Below the pieces are notes generated by a model that searched no databases, was not told where the DNA came from, and worked only from the letters and a program-made list of their open reading frames with translations. Source: an uncultured Chloroflexia bacterium (GTDB lineage Bacteria; Chloroflexota; Anaerolineae; Anaerolineales; Anaerolineaceae). Taken from it: 32,000 nucleotides of DNA. The stretch's first letter is position 1; each line of letters opens with the position of its first letter. Shown here piece after piece: positions 8,640 to 17,768 of this stretch. The position numbers were made by a program, and so were the translations under genes. The stretch is taken from the NCBI GenBank assembly GCA_963704755.1, contig OY969938.1, positions 4,839,624-4,871,623 of the forward strand, in the 5' to 3' direction.

Positions 8640-9200
8640 TTATTGTACGCGGGTGACATACTCTCCTGTGCGCGTATCGATACGGATTACATCGCCTTCG
8701 CTAACGAAATTCGGTACTTGAACATGAACACCCAATTCGACAGTGATGTTCTTGGTGACACCGGTAGCTGTATCTCCCCGAACGGCGATGTCCGCCTGAA
8801 CGACTTTCATATCAACCGTTGTCGGCAGTTCGATATCCAGAGCTTCAGTGCCGTAGAAGGTTAACTTCACTTCCATTTCTTCCTTCAGGAATCCGGCCAA
8901 TTCTCCCAGGATCTCCTGGCGGATAGGGTATTGCTCGAAGGTTTCGGTGTCCATGAAATAGTAAAGCTCACCGTCGTTGTAAAGGTATTGAGCCATGTGG
9001 TATTCAAGACGGACATCTTGTACGCGGTCGCCGGAATTGAAAGTTTTTTCAATCGTAGAGCCGGTGCGGAGATTGCGGGCTTTGATACGGATGGTTGCGT
9101 TTCCACGACCGGGTTTGTGATGGCTGTATTCCAGTACTTTGTACAGGCTTTCGTCAATTTCGAAGGTAACACCTTTACGGAGATCATTTACATCAATCAT
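8640..9200 (-). CDS. efp: Translation elongation factor P
   Basis: MIDVNDLRKGVTFEIDESLYKVLEYSHHKPGRGNATIRIKARNLRTG carries the KPG(R/K)G loop. The length of 186 aa fits. Confidence 0.95.
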   Translation of the reverse strand: MIDVNDLRKGVTFEIDESLYKVLEYSHHKPGRGNATIRIKARNLRTGSTIEKTFNSGDRVQDVRLEYHMAQYLYNDGELYYFMDTETFEQYPIRQEILGELAGFLKEEMEVKLTFYGTEALDIELPTTVDMKVVQADIAVRGDTATGVTKNITVELGVHVQVPNFVSEGDVIRIDTRTGEYVTRVQ

Positions 9201-9318
9201 ACATTTTAACCTTTTACTGAATTTCGTTAGACAACGGGTTGATTATAGCGCACAGCAAGAGTAGTGACAAGGCAAGTAAAAAAGGGCCAAACTTGCCTGA
9301 ACAGTCGCAAAAGTGAGC

Positions 9319-9347
9319 AAAATTGAGCCCGGGGGTTACCCGGGCTC
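9319..9347 (-). terminator. Intrinsic terminator downstream of hpf
   Basis: On the minus strand: gagcccgggtaacccccgggctc followed by AATTTTG. Confidence 0.6.
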
Positions 9348-9377
9348 GGATTGAACGAAGCGGTTTAACGTCCGAAT

Positions 9378-9945
9378 TTATCCAATCTTGGGTTCGATCA
9401 AGCCATACGAACCGTCTCGACGCGTGTAAAGAACATTAATTGCGTTCGAATTGACGTTGTAAAAAACAAAGAAATTCTCATGGCCGAGCAGCTTCATTTG
9501 CTCGACTGCTTCCAACTCGTCCATAGGCACCATGGTGAAGACTTTCCGGCGAGCGATGAGCGGTAAGGCTTCGCCTTCTTCGCTGTCACCGTCGATCGGG
9601 ACGGCCACTTCGGAAGCGGGGGTGCCATCTCCACGGCCATGCTGGCGTTTACCTTTATAACGCGAAATCTGCCGCTGCATTTTATCGACGGCCGCGTCGA
9701 TCGCGGTGAACAGGTCATCCGCCCGTTCTTCGGAGCGCAGGATAAAACCTTTTCCACGCAGCGTAATTTGAGCGACCTGGCGGTCGGAGGCACTTCGTGC
9801 AGATTTTAAGTAGGCCAGTTCAACGCGAGTTCTCATCCAGGTCATTGATAAAACGATCGAACTTCGAAACCTTCTTGGTTACGTATGTCTGGAGCCGTTC
9901 TGTTACTTCCATGTTGCGGGCAAAGATATCAACTTTTTGGTCCAT
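9378..9945 (-). pseudogene. hpf: Ribosome hibernation promoting factor (long HPF/RaiA), split by a +1 frameshift in this sequence
   Basis: An ATG at 9945, 5 nt after AAGGAGG, gives MDQKVDIFARNMEVTERLQTYVTKKVSKFDRFINDLDENSR* with its stop at 9822-9820. The track ORF 9378-9845 in the +1 frame continues with ..TRVELAYLKSARSASDRQVAQITLRGKGFILRSEERADDLFTAIDAAVDKMQRQISRYKGK plus the long-HPF dimerisation tail. Joined, the two parts make a canonical long HPF. Confidence 0.85.
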
Positions 9946-10005
9946 TGTAACCTCCTTATTTTATGCCCGGTGAAACAAGACCGGGTAATAACGACCAAGT
10001 ATACC

Positions 10006-10752
10006 CTAATTTGTGTCTAGATGTACGGCACGCGCCAGGGTTAATGCAAAAATCTTGCACGCCCCGGCTTCGCGAAGCGCCAAAGCGCATGCGGATAATG
10101 TGGCGCCCGTGGTGGCGATATCGTCGATCACCAGGATGTTCTGCCCGGAACAGTTTTCCTTTTGGGCAGTGAATGCACCGGAGACATTATCCAGGCGTTG
10201 GGGAGCCTCCAGCCCCACTTGTGATACCGTCTCTCGATTGCGGGTGACCAGAGCCGGGCGATAGGGAATTTTTACCGCCCAGGCAAGATTGCGGGCCAGC
10301 AGGCCGGATTGGTTATAGCCTCTCTCCTTTTTTCGCCTTTTGGAAAGAGGCACAGCGGTGATCAAGTCTATGGGCCAGCCGAGGAATTGGAATTCATCGA
10401 CCAGATCCGCACTGAAGGTTTCAGCCAGCCCCAGGTCATTTTGAAACTTGAGCCGGTGAATCGCCTTCCGCAAAACACCTTCATAAATGTAAACCGAGCG
10501 AAGCATATCAAATTCAGGCCCATGCCGGCTGCAATCCGGGCAGGGTTGGCCCGGCTCGAGCGGCAGGTCACAGGTTGGACAGGCGCGTTGATGCGGCACC
10601 GGCCGTAAGGTAGAGCGGCATTCAGCGCACCAACGCGTACCGGGTTTTCCACAACCTCCACAGCGGGGTGGATAGATAAAATCAAGGACCGCCCATGCCA
10701 TGTGGTTAATCTGATAGGCTGGTATTTTGGCCAGGCTATCCGGCATAGGCAC
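10006..10752 (-). CDS. comFC: ComF-family protein (ComFC-like: double zinc ribbon plus phosphoribosyltransferase domain)
   Basis: N-terminal CxxC pairs (PPRCGGCG..WCAECR; CPTCDLPL..PCPDC), then ERGYNQSGLLA and the PRTase loop ILVIDDIATTGATL. Confidence 0.85.
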   Translation of the reverse strand: MPMPDSLAKIPAYQINHMAWAVLDFIYPPRCGGCGKPGTRWCAECRSTLRPVPHQRACPTCDLPLEPGQPCPDCSRHGPEFDMLRSVYIYEGVLRKAIHRLKFQNDLGLAETFSADLVDEFQFLGWPIDLITAVPLSKRRKKERGYNQSGLLARNLAWAVKIPYRPALVTRNRETVSQVGLEAPQRLDNVSGAFTAQKENCSGQNILVIDDIATTGATLSACALALREAGACKIFALTLARAVHLDTN

Positions 10753-10845
10753 TCCTGATGGGTGAAGATCGAATCAATTCAGCCCAGGAATGATCTCTGG
10801 ACTGCTTACGTTACCAAAGAGGGTATTTTCTGACTGGCGGCCTTG

Positions 10846-11796
10846 TTATTGAAACATCCCGCCCAGGGCCGAGTGAACTAACTGCAGGGCGGCGGGCGTT
10901 AACAAGACGATCATCAAAGAGGGGAAGATCAGCAGCGCCATCGGGATCAGCATCTTCAAAGGCGCTTTGTGGGCTTCCTCTTCGGCTAACTGGCGGCGGC
11001 GTACCCGCATCTGATCGGACTGGATGCGGAGCACCTTGGACATACTGACACCTAATTGCTCCGATTGGATAACCGCCGCGACAAAGCTGGTGATTTCAGG
11101 AATGCCGATCCGGTCGGCCATATCACGCAAGGCTTCGCGGCGGATCTTGCCGAGCTGAATTTCCTGGATTGCGCGGGCAAAGGCCAAGGAAAGCTCAGAT
11201 TCCCATTTCTCACTGACTTTCGACATGGCTGCATCGAACCCCAGGCCGGCTTCGACGCAAATGGTCAGCAGGTCGAGGGCATCCGGCATGGCTTTGCGGA
11301 CTTCTTTTTGGCGCTTGGAAATTTTACTGGTCAGCCAGAGCTGGGGGAAGAAAAAGCCCAGTACGGCAAATACCAGTGAGATGAGTGTGATCCGGCCGAT
11401 CGACCAGTTGGTTTTACCGAGGGTGGAGACCAGCAGGACCAGGCCACCAAAGATGACGCCGGCGATGAACTGTAAAGCCAGGATCATGGTAGGGTCGAGC
11501 CGGGCCGGGCTGCCAGCCAATTCGAGTTTGCGGGAAATCGAATGAAGCGCATTTTGTGGCGTGAAGCGTATGGCTACTTCACCTAACTTACGGGCAATCG
11601 GGTAGATTACCCGCTCTGAAAATGGCTGAGAAAGCTCCAGCTTGGTCAGGTCGATTTGTTCGCCTGTCTGGCTGAATTCTTCCAGGCGCGCTTGCAATGC
11701 CCTTTGGTTCGCCAGTTCAGGGTTCCTCAAACCGATGACGGTCAGAATCACGGCGCCAAAAATGATTAAGACACCCAGAATAATAATAAAAGTCAT
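10846..11796 (-). CDS. tadC: Tad/Flp pilus assembly inner-membrane platform protein (T2SS-F domain), TadC-like
   Basis: An N-terminal TM segment, a central T2SSF-type region (ALDLLTICVEAGLGFDAAMSKV...) and C-terminal TM segments. It sits directly after the tadB-like gene. Confidence 0.85.
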   Translation of the reverse strand: MTFIIILGVLIIFGAVILTVIGLRNPELANQRALQARLEEFSQTGEQIDLTKLELSQPFSERVIYPIARKLGEVAIRFTPQNALHSISRKLELAGSPARLDPTMILALQFIAGVIFGGLVLLVSTLGKTNWSIGRITLISLVFAVLGFFFPQLWLTSKISKRQKEVRKAMPDALDLLTICVEAGLGFDAAMSKVSEKWESELSLAFARAIQEIQLGKIRREALRDMADRIGIPEITSFVAAVIQSEQLGVSMSKVLRIQSDQMRVRRRQLAEEEAHKAPLKMLIPMALLIFPSLMIVLLTPAALQLVHSALGGMFQ

Positions 11797-11814
11797 ATCA
11801 GCCTCCCAGTATCC

Positions 11815-12780
11815 TTAAACCTCGATGTCGCCAAGCTTGGTCATCGTGAAATAACCGGCAATGATCAAGATAGCGGCGACGGCAAGGGCGATGTAACCGC
11901 AAGGAACATTTTCGGGATCAAAATACGTCATCATGTACGGCCGGTCCAGCAAATAAAGAATACCAATCACAAAGATTGGCAGGACGGCCAGGAATTTACC
12001 AGAATACATGACCTGAGTTGTCAACACACGAATTTCACCTTTGATCCGCACCCGTTCACGGATGGTGAAGGATATCGTGTCCAGAATTTCGGCCAGGTTA
12101 CCACCGACCTCGCGCTGGACGTTGATGGCGGTGATCACCAGATCAAGGTCGTCTGAAGGGATACGTATGAGCAGGTTTTCGAGGGCGCGCTCCATAGTCA
12201 CACCGAGCTGCATTTCCTGGACGACCCGGCGAAATTCATCGCAGATTGGGGCCGGCAGCTCTTTCGAAACGGCTTCCATGGCTTGCATGGTTGAGTACCC
12301 GGCCCGCAGGCCGTTGACCATCAGGTTTAGCATATCCGGAAGCTGGTCGTTGAATTTAATCAAGCGGTTATTTTGCTGCCGGCGGATGTACATCCGGGGC
12401 AGATAAGCGCCGATGATCCCGCCAATGATGGCCACGAAAACGTTTCTACCGATGACAAAACCGACCGCGGCTACTACCACAATCGCTATAGTGACCAGCG
12501 CAATATATTCGCCGGATTTAAATTTCAGGTCGGCCCGGGCCAGGTCTTGCTGGATACGGTCGCCCAATGAAGAGCGTTCTACCCGTTTATTCAGCCAATC
12601 GGTCAGGGGAGTGGATTTCACCCGGTCGGATTCCGCACCGAGAGCTTGCTGGGTCTCGACGTAACGTCCCAGGCGTTCTTCCACTATTGTACGTTCACTG
12701 CTGACGGAAACAATTATGCCCACGATTAGCAGCAAAATAGCGAAGACCCCACCACCGAGTAAAATTATTGCTGGACTCAT
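11815..12780 (-). CDS. tadB: Tad/Flp pilus assembly inner-membrane platform protein (T2SS-F domain), TadB-like
   Basis: An N-terminal TM segment, a T2SSF core (LPDMLNLMVNGLRAGYSTMQAMEAV...) and a C-terminal TM pair. It follows cpaF. Confidence 0.85.
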   Translation of the reverse strand: MSPAIILLGGGVFAILLLIVGIIVSVSSERTIVEERLGRYVETQQALGAESDRVKSTPLTDWLNKRVERSSLGDRIQQDLARADLKFKSGEYIALVTIAIVVVAAVGFVIGRNVFVAIIGGIIGAYLPRMYIRRQQNNRLIKFNDQLPDMLNLMVNGLRAGYSTMQAMEAVSKELPAPICDEFRRVVQEMQLGVTMERALENLLIRIPSDDLDLVITAINVQREVGGNLAEILDTISFTIRERVRIKGEIRVLTTQVMYSGKFLAVLPIFVIGILYLLDRPYMMTYFDPENVPCGYIALAVAAILIIAGYFTMTKLGDIEV

Positions 12781-12832
12781 ATACTCACCTGCTTTCTATC
12801 CAGGGTAACCCCGTTTCTGGAGATAAATCCGT

Positions 12833-14242
12833 TTATCTCCTGCGTTCTCCCATACCCCAAATCGAAGGCGGCAAATGGATCCCGGCCGCTTCGATTTTGT
12901 CGTAAAAGCGGGGCCGCAAACCGGTGGGTCTCAACCGGCCCACGACTTTGCCGTTTTCGTACCCCGCCTGTTCAAAAACGTAAATATCCGTCATGGTAAT
13001 GATATCGCCTTCCATCCCGGAGACTTCAGTGATGTTGACGATTTTGCGCGTACCGTCTCGCAGCCTTTCCTGGTGGACGACGACATCCAGGGCCGAAGCA
13101 ACCTGCTCACGGACGGCGCGCATGGGCAGATCCATGCCGGCCATCAACACCATCGTTTCCAGGCGGGCCAGGGTATCGCGCGGGCTGTTCGAGTGCAGGG
13201 TGGTCATCGAACCATCGTGACCGGTGTTCATAGCCTGGAGCATATCCAGGGCGGCTTCGTCGCGGATCTCGCCGACGATAATCCGGTCGGGACGCATACG
13301 CAGGGCGTTGATCACCAACTGGCGGATGGTTATCTCGCCGCGGCCTTCGATGTTGCTGGGGCGGGACTCCAGTGTGACGACGTGTTCCTGGCGGAGCTGA
13401 AGCTCGGCCGCGTTCTCGATGGTGATGATCCGCTCATCGGACGGGATAAAACTGGAAAGGATATTCAGGAATGTCGTTTTTCCCGAACCGGTACCACCGG
13501 AAATAACGACGTTCAAACGGGCTTTAACGCAAGCATCCAGAAGCTGAATAGCTTCCGGAGTGATCGAGCCAAACTGGACCAACTGATCGATGGTAATTGG
13601 GTTGCGAGCAAATTTTCGGATGGTCAGCACCGGCCCGACCAGTGAAATGGGTGGAATGACGGCATTCACACGAGAGCCATCCGGGAGACGAGCATCTACA
13701 TAAGGCGAGGATTCATCGATACGGCGCCCTAACGGTGCTACGATGCGCTCAATAATGCGCATCACGTGCTCGTTGTTTTCGAAGGTCAACGGGGCGCGCT
13801 GAATTTTGCCGCGGCGCTCGACGTAGATGCTTTTGGCACCGTTGACCATGATTTCGGTGATGCTGTCGTCGTCCAGAAGGGGTTGGAGTGGGCCGAAGCC
13901 GAGGATTTCAGCTACGATCTGCTCGAACATGCGGGCTCTTTCTGGACGGGAGAGGACGATATTCTCTTCGGCCAGGATTTGTTCGAATAAATCCTGGATG
14001 GTATTGCGAACTTCCGAAATCTTGGTGACGTCCATATTAACGTCCAGAGTCGAAAGGAGCTTGTTCTGGACGCGGGTTTTCAAATCCTGGTATGTATCCT
14101 GCGTGGTAGGTATCGTTGGAGCTGCGACACGCCGGGTGGTCGATAACGGACCGCTGCCATTGCGTTGGCCCGTGTTACCAGCATTTTGCCCTGCCGGTTT
14201 GGGGCTATTGTTATCCCCCTGAATACGCTTTAAGATCGACAT
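12833..14242 (-). CDS. cpaF: CpaF/TadA-family type IV pilus (Tad) secretion ATPase
   Basis: ITEIMVNG, Walker [15 protein letters not shown], Asp-box/Walker [13 protein letters not shown] and His-box [12 protein letters not shown]. The start is preceded by AAGGAAGG. Confidence 0.93.
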   Translation of the reverse strand: MSILKRIQGDNNSPKPAGQNAGNTGQRNGSGPLSTTRRVAAPTIPTTQDTYQDLKTRVQNKLLSTLDVNMDVTKISEVRNTIQDLFEQILAEENIVLSRPERARMFEQIVAEILGFGPLQPLLDDDSITEIMVNGAKSIYVERRGKIQRAPLTFENNEHVMRIIERIVAPLGRRIDESSPYVDARLPDGSRVNAVIPPISLVGPVLTIRKFARNPITIDQLVQFGSITPEAIQLLDACVKARLNVVISGGTGSGKTTFLNILSSFIPSDERIITIENAAELQLRQEHVVTLESRPSNIEGRGEITIRQLVINALRMRPDRIIVGEIRDEAALDMLQAMNTGHDGSMTTLHSNSPRDTLARLETMVLMAGMDLPMRAVREQVASALDVVVHQERLRDGTRKIVNITEVSGMEGDIITMTDIYVFEQAGYENGKVVGRLRPTGLRPRFYDKIEAAGIHLPPSIWGMGERRR

Positions 14243-14266
14243 CGGTTACCTTCCTTTGATGTACCT

Positions 14267-15502
14267 TTACTTTTTACCAATCAATTCTTCCCGGCCGGTT
14301 TCCTCTTGCGAAATTTTCTTTTGCAAAATTTCGGCTAAGGACAGGAAATTCTTGCTGACGGGAAGCGACCTGTTTTCTAGAACGAAGGGGACCCCGCGGT
14401 TGACCGAATTGGGGATCGTCTTTTCTTCGAAGGGGATGGCCATCACAATTTCCTGGTGAAGGCTGTCGCCTACTTTTTCGGGGGTTATCTTCAATCGTTT
14501 GTCGAAGCGGTTCATGATGAAAAGGATACGATCTTTGATACCGATTGCAGATGCCAAAGAGAGGAAGAGGTTGCAGCTCTTAATCGATGGGATGTCCTGG
14601 GTGGTGATCAACACAATCTGATCCGCATTCTCGATGGCTGACTGAACGACGTCGGTGAGGTACGAGGCAGTATCTACAATAACATAATTGTATAGCTGTT
14701 TGATGTATTGTAAAAGTGCCCCAAATTGCTCGCCAGTGACCAACTCGGCCAGTTCGGGTCGAGGCGGGCAGGCCAGGATGTCCAGGTTGGAGGAGCTGTG
14801 TCTGACCACAACTTCTTCGACGATTTCCGGATCCAACTCGTCAACGCGCTGGGTCAGGTCGAGCAAGTTATTCTTGCCTTGCTCATTCAAGAGCACAGCC
14901 ACGTCGCCGTATTGCAGGTTGCCATCCACCAGGATGACACGTGTATCGTTATGAAGGAGCGCGGCGGCCAGGTTGACGGCCACAGTTGATTTGCCTACAC
15001 CACCTTTCGGGCTGTAAACGACGATGACTTTGCCGCCCTGATAGGCCTGCTGGCCGGTAGAGCCGCCGCTGTCATTGGTGAGGTTGGTGAAGGGAGTTAC
15101 AGATTTTGCCCTCTCATCGTAGGCCATTTGCCCGGCGCGTTTAACCGCCGAGACGAGGTCGTCGATCATGGGGGGTTTGGTGAGAAAGTCACGTGCGCCG
15201 GCTAACATAGCCCGGCGCATGTAACCTGGGTCGCTTTGAACGGATAAAACGATAATCTGGGTAAAAGGGACTTTTTTACGGATCGTCTCGGTTGCCGATA
15301 TGCCATCAATATCAGGCATATTGATATCCATGATAACAACGTCGGGTTTTAACTTACTCGCAGCTTCGATGGCCTCCCGGCCAGTTTGAGCAGTCCCGGC
15401 TACCTCGATGGTTGGCTCGAACTGCAACATGCGCCGAATACTATCGCGCGTTTCCTGGATGTCATCAACGATTAAAACCCGAATTTTATCAGGCGTTGGC
15501 AT
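14267..15502 (-). CDS. cpaE: Response-regulator receiver domain fused to a CpaE/TadZ-like ParA/MinD ATPase
   Basis: A CheY-like REC domain (VLIVDD ... VVIMDINMPDIDG ... FLTKP) is followed by the deviant Walker A VVYSPKGGVGKST of the MinD/ParA fold. Confidence 0.88.
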   Translation of the reverse strand: MPTPDKIRVLIVDDIQETRDSIRRMLQFEPTIEVAGTAQTGREAIEAASKLKPDVVIMDINMPDIDGISATETIRKKVPFTQIIVLSVQSDPGYMRRAMLAGARDFLTKPPMIDDLVSAVKRAGQMAYDERAKSVTPFTNLTNDSGGSTGQQAYQGGKVIVVYSPKGGVGKSTVAVNLAAALLHNDTRVILVDGNLQYGDVAVLLNEQGKNNLLDLTQRVDELDPEIVEEVVVRHSSSNLDILACPPRPELAELVTGEQFGALLQYIKQLYNYVIVDTASYLTDVVQSAIENADQIVLITTQDIPSIKSCNLFLSLASAIGIKDRILFIMNRFDKRLKITPEKVGDSLHQEIVMAIPFEEKTIPNSVNRGVPFVLENRSLPVSKNFLSLAEILQKKISQEETGREELIGKK

Positions 15503-15556
15503 AAATTCTCCGCGTTGTAATCAATCAGGTATAACCGCTAAAATTGCCTTCCTTCT

Positions 15557-16703
15557 CTACGGGTTGGTTGAAGTAGAAGCGGCGGGAGTTGGAAGAGCGG
15601 GGAAGTCCAAAGAATCAACCCGCGGTTCCAATGCATACGGCAATTTAGCCGGCAGGGGGATGTTTTTCTGATCCATCAGGTACTGCTGCGTAACCGCATC
15701 GGTTACGATGGGCTGAGTATCCGACGGGTTTCTCAAGGCCAGGTTGATCGTAATGTTGTTCAGCAGAATATAGTTCAACGAGACCGCATCCTGAGGGCTG
15801 ACCACCAAAGTAACCGTGGTTGTGGTCGGCGAGGTTGTCGTCGTTGTCGTTGAGGTATTGGTCGTTTGCCCGGCTGCTGGGGTAGCTTGAATGACCGGGG
15901 CGGAATACTGGCCGAGCCGTAAAACGACAGCATCCTGGATAACCGTCTGGCACACCGTGCGCGGGCGTTGTTTTTCGCTGGGGATCAGGTACAGGGGGAC
16001 GTTCAAGGTCGGGTCTAGTTCGGTCCGCCCCTGGATGGTTCCACCGGCTGTAAGCGTATCGCCTTCAGTTGAGGTGGTCCCACCGATCTGGTTAGAGCCG
16101 GCGCTGGACGATTCCGAAGCGGAACTGGTCGTTCCATTAGTACCCGTCGCGCCCGGAGAGATGATCTCATCGAGGGTATCCGGCGATTCGGATTGGAAAT
16201 CGGGATCCACATCGACCAGCATCATACAGCCAATGACCATCACATGGTCACCCGGAGCCAGCGCGTCAGCGACTGAAGTCAATTCCGTGACAGGTATAGG
16301 CATGGCCACAAAATCTACCGGTACATCGAACGAAGCAACCGAACCACCGGATGGCTCAATCAATTCGGATTTGGTTAAAGGAACGCCCGGATCGAGGTCG
16401 TATTTTGCGCGACTGCCGATAACCGTTGACATATCGGTGATAAACGTTCCCTGGACTAGCTTATCCTCAGGGTAATCTACGGTGGTCAACACATCGCTCG
16501 TAATTTCAGCACCACGGGGAATCGATTGTGCAGTAACGACGATGCTTACCATCTGAACTTCAGGGGTCGAGCTGGGGGGAGTTCTGGGCTGACGATCGTT
16601 GTTGTTGCATCTGGAGGTAAATGTATGCACCCCCTACAACAAGGATCAGGATCAATGCCACCAGGATTATTACCCGCCCACCTCTTCTACCTTTAGCGGC
16701 CAT
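15557..16703 (-). pseudogene. cpaB: CpaB/RcpC-like Flp pilus assembly protein (SAF domain), N-terminal TM anchor separated by a +1 frameshift in this sequence
   Basis: The track ORF (15557-16630) carries the SAF-like segment VVTAQSIPRGAEITSDVL but has no membrane anchor. A 49-codon frame from the ATGs at 16709/16703 (AGGAGG upstream) encodes M(SM)AAKGRRGGRVIILVALILILVVGGAYIYLQ..., a typical CpaB signal-anchor. That frame stops at 16562-16560 and overlaps the main ORF across a G6 run (16574-16579). Confidence 0.75.
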
Positions 16704-17061
16704 GGACATACCTCCTAACGGGATGTATTACTGAAAACGTGCGTGTGCATAGAGTGACCATATTATAAATCATTTCCTTCGTATAGGTTGCCGGTTCAAT
16801 GATGACGGAAAGGGGAAAATTGGCACAATATCTATCTCCAATCATTATATATCAGCCATTTACGAGTGCAAGTGAAATCAAATAGCCGGACGGTAATTTG
16901 AAAACTAGATGTAAGGGTAAACGAATAATTCGGCAGATTTGTTGCTCACAAAATTGTACAGCTTGGTGAAGGGTATCTATAAAGGTAAATTCACGGGTGG
17001 GATGCCCCCTCGATGAGCCTGGTCCCCGGTACTTGCCTGTTCGGCCAAAAACGCACCAGGT

Positions 17062-17098
17062 TAAAAATGATAGACCCTGTCTAAACAGGGTCTATCAT
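17062..17098 (-). terminator. Intrinsic terminator immediately downstream of flp
   Basis: On the minus strand: atgatagaccctgtttagacagggtctatcat followed by TTTTTAA. Confidence 0.7.
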
Positions 17099-17126
17099 TT
17101 GCTCTTGAAAAGAGCTCGAGATTGGA

Positions 17127-17273
17127 TTAGATGCTACCGACGATGTTACTGAAAATGTTGCCAATGGCAGGCCCCAGCAGAGCAAGAATAACAATCACGA
17201 CAACGGCTACCAAAACAAGAATCAAAGCATACTCTACAAGACCCTGACCTTTTTCCTTAGGAGCGAATAACAT
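17127..17273 (-). CDS. flp: Flp/Fap-family type IVb prepilin
   Basis: This ORF is below the track's size cut-off. The ATG at 17273 lies 6 nt after GGAGGTG. It encodes MLFAPKEKGQGLVEYALILVLVAVVVIVILALLGPAIGNIFSNIVGSI (48 aa), with the Flp processing motif G/xxxxEY followed by a hydrophobic helix. Confidence 0.88.
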   Translation of the reverse strand: MLFAPKEKGQGLVEYALILVLVAVVVIVILALLGPAIGNIFSNIVGSI

Positions 17274-17325
17274 TTTAGTCACCTCCTTTCCGCTCTCATT
17301 TAGGTAATTATCTTACCTGACATTA

Positions 17326-17353
17326 ATTATAGCGATAGTATGACCTAATTCAA
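17326..17353 (-). promoter_or_regulatory. Candidate sigma-70-type promoter for flp
   Basis: On the minus strand: TTGAAT (17353-17348), 16 nt, TATAAT (17331-17326), roughly 50 nt upstream of the flp ATG in an AT-rich gap. Confidence 0.4.
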
Positions 17354-17651
17354 GTCAAATTAATTACAGGCACCTTACAAGTGAAGGCTGTTTGGTTAAG
17401 AAATTTATGGTAGCAAGAGAGCCATATCGGCCTTCCCTTTATAAAAATCATTTGTCAAAATCATATAGGAATGTAAGCCACTCGATCCCCCTGGGTTTTC
17501 GGACAATTGCTTGCAACCATTCACTTTCCTTTTTCGTAAATATTAACGAATGAGACAGAAAGCCATTCGCGAGGTACTGGTGACGGTTTGTTATAGCGTA
17601 GATTAAGCTATAATCAATTTTAGAAACTGCTCAGGCGCATGGTAAGGAGTT

Positions 17652-17706
17652 TCCGAATTTGAGGTGTGTCCAGGGACTTCGCCCCCGCACACACCTCAAA
17701 TTCGGA
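17652..17706. repeat. Palindromic repeat element, copy 2 (18-bp perfect outer stem, diverged centre)
   Basis: tccgaatttgaggtgtgt (17652-17669) pairs with acacacctcaaattcgga (17689-17706). It shares CCGAATTTGAGGTG...CACCTCAAATTCGG with the element at 4881-4935. Confidence 0.8.
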
Positions 17707-17768
17707 GTTCTACTTCACAAGGCCGGGCAGTGACCATTTACTAGAGCGTAGGTATTTAAGGAGGCGCA

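Noticed and set aside
9946-10005. A raiA-motif RNA, which is known to associate with raiA/hpf and comFC genes.
   Set aside because: The comFC-hpf gap is only about 60 bp, far too short for that roughly 200-nt motif.
17408-17575. A 55-codon plus-strand ORF in the AT-rich region upstream of flp.
   Set aside because: It has no RBS, its composition is implausible (many N/S/H/K), and there is no TM segment or motif. AT-rich DNA produces such ORFs by chance.
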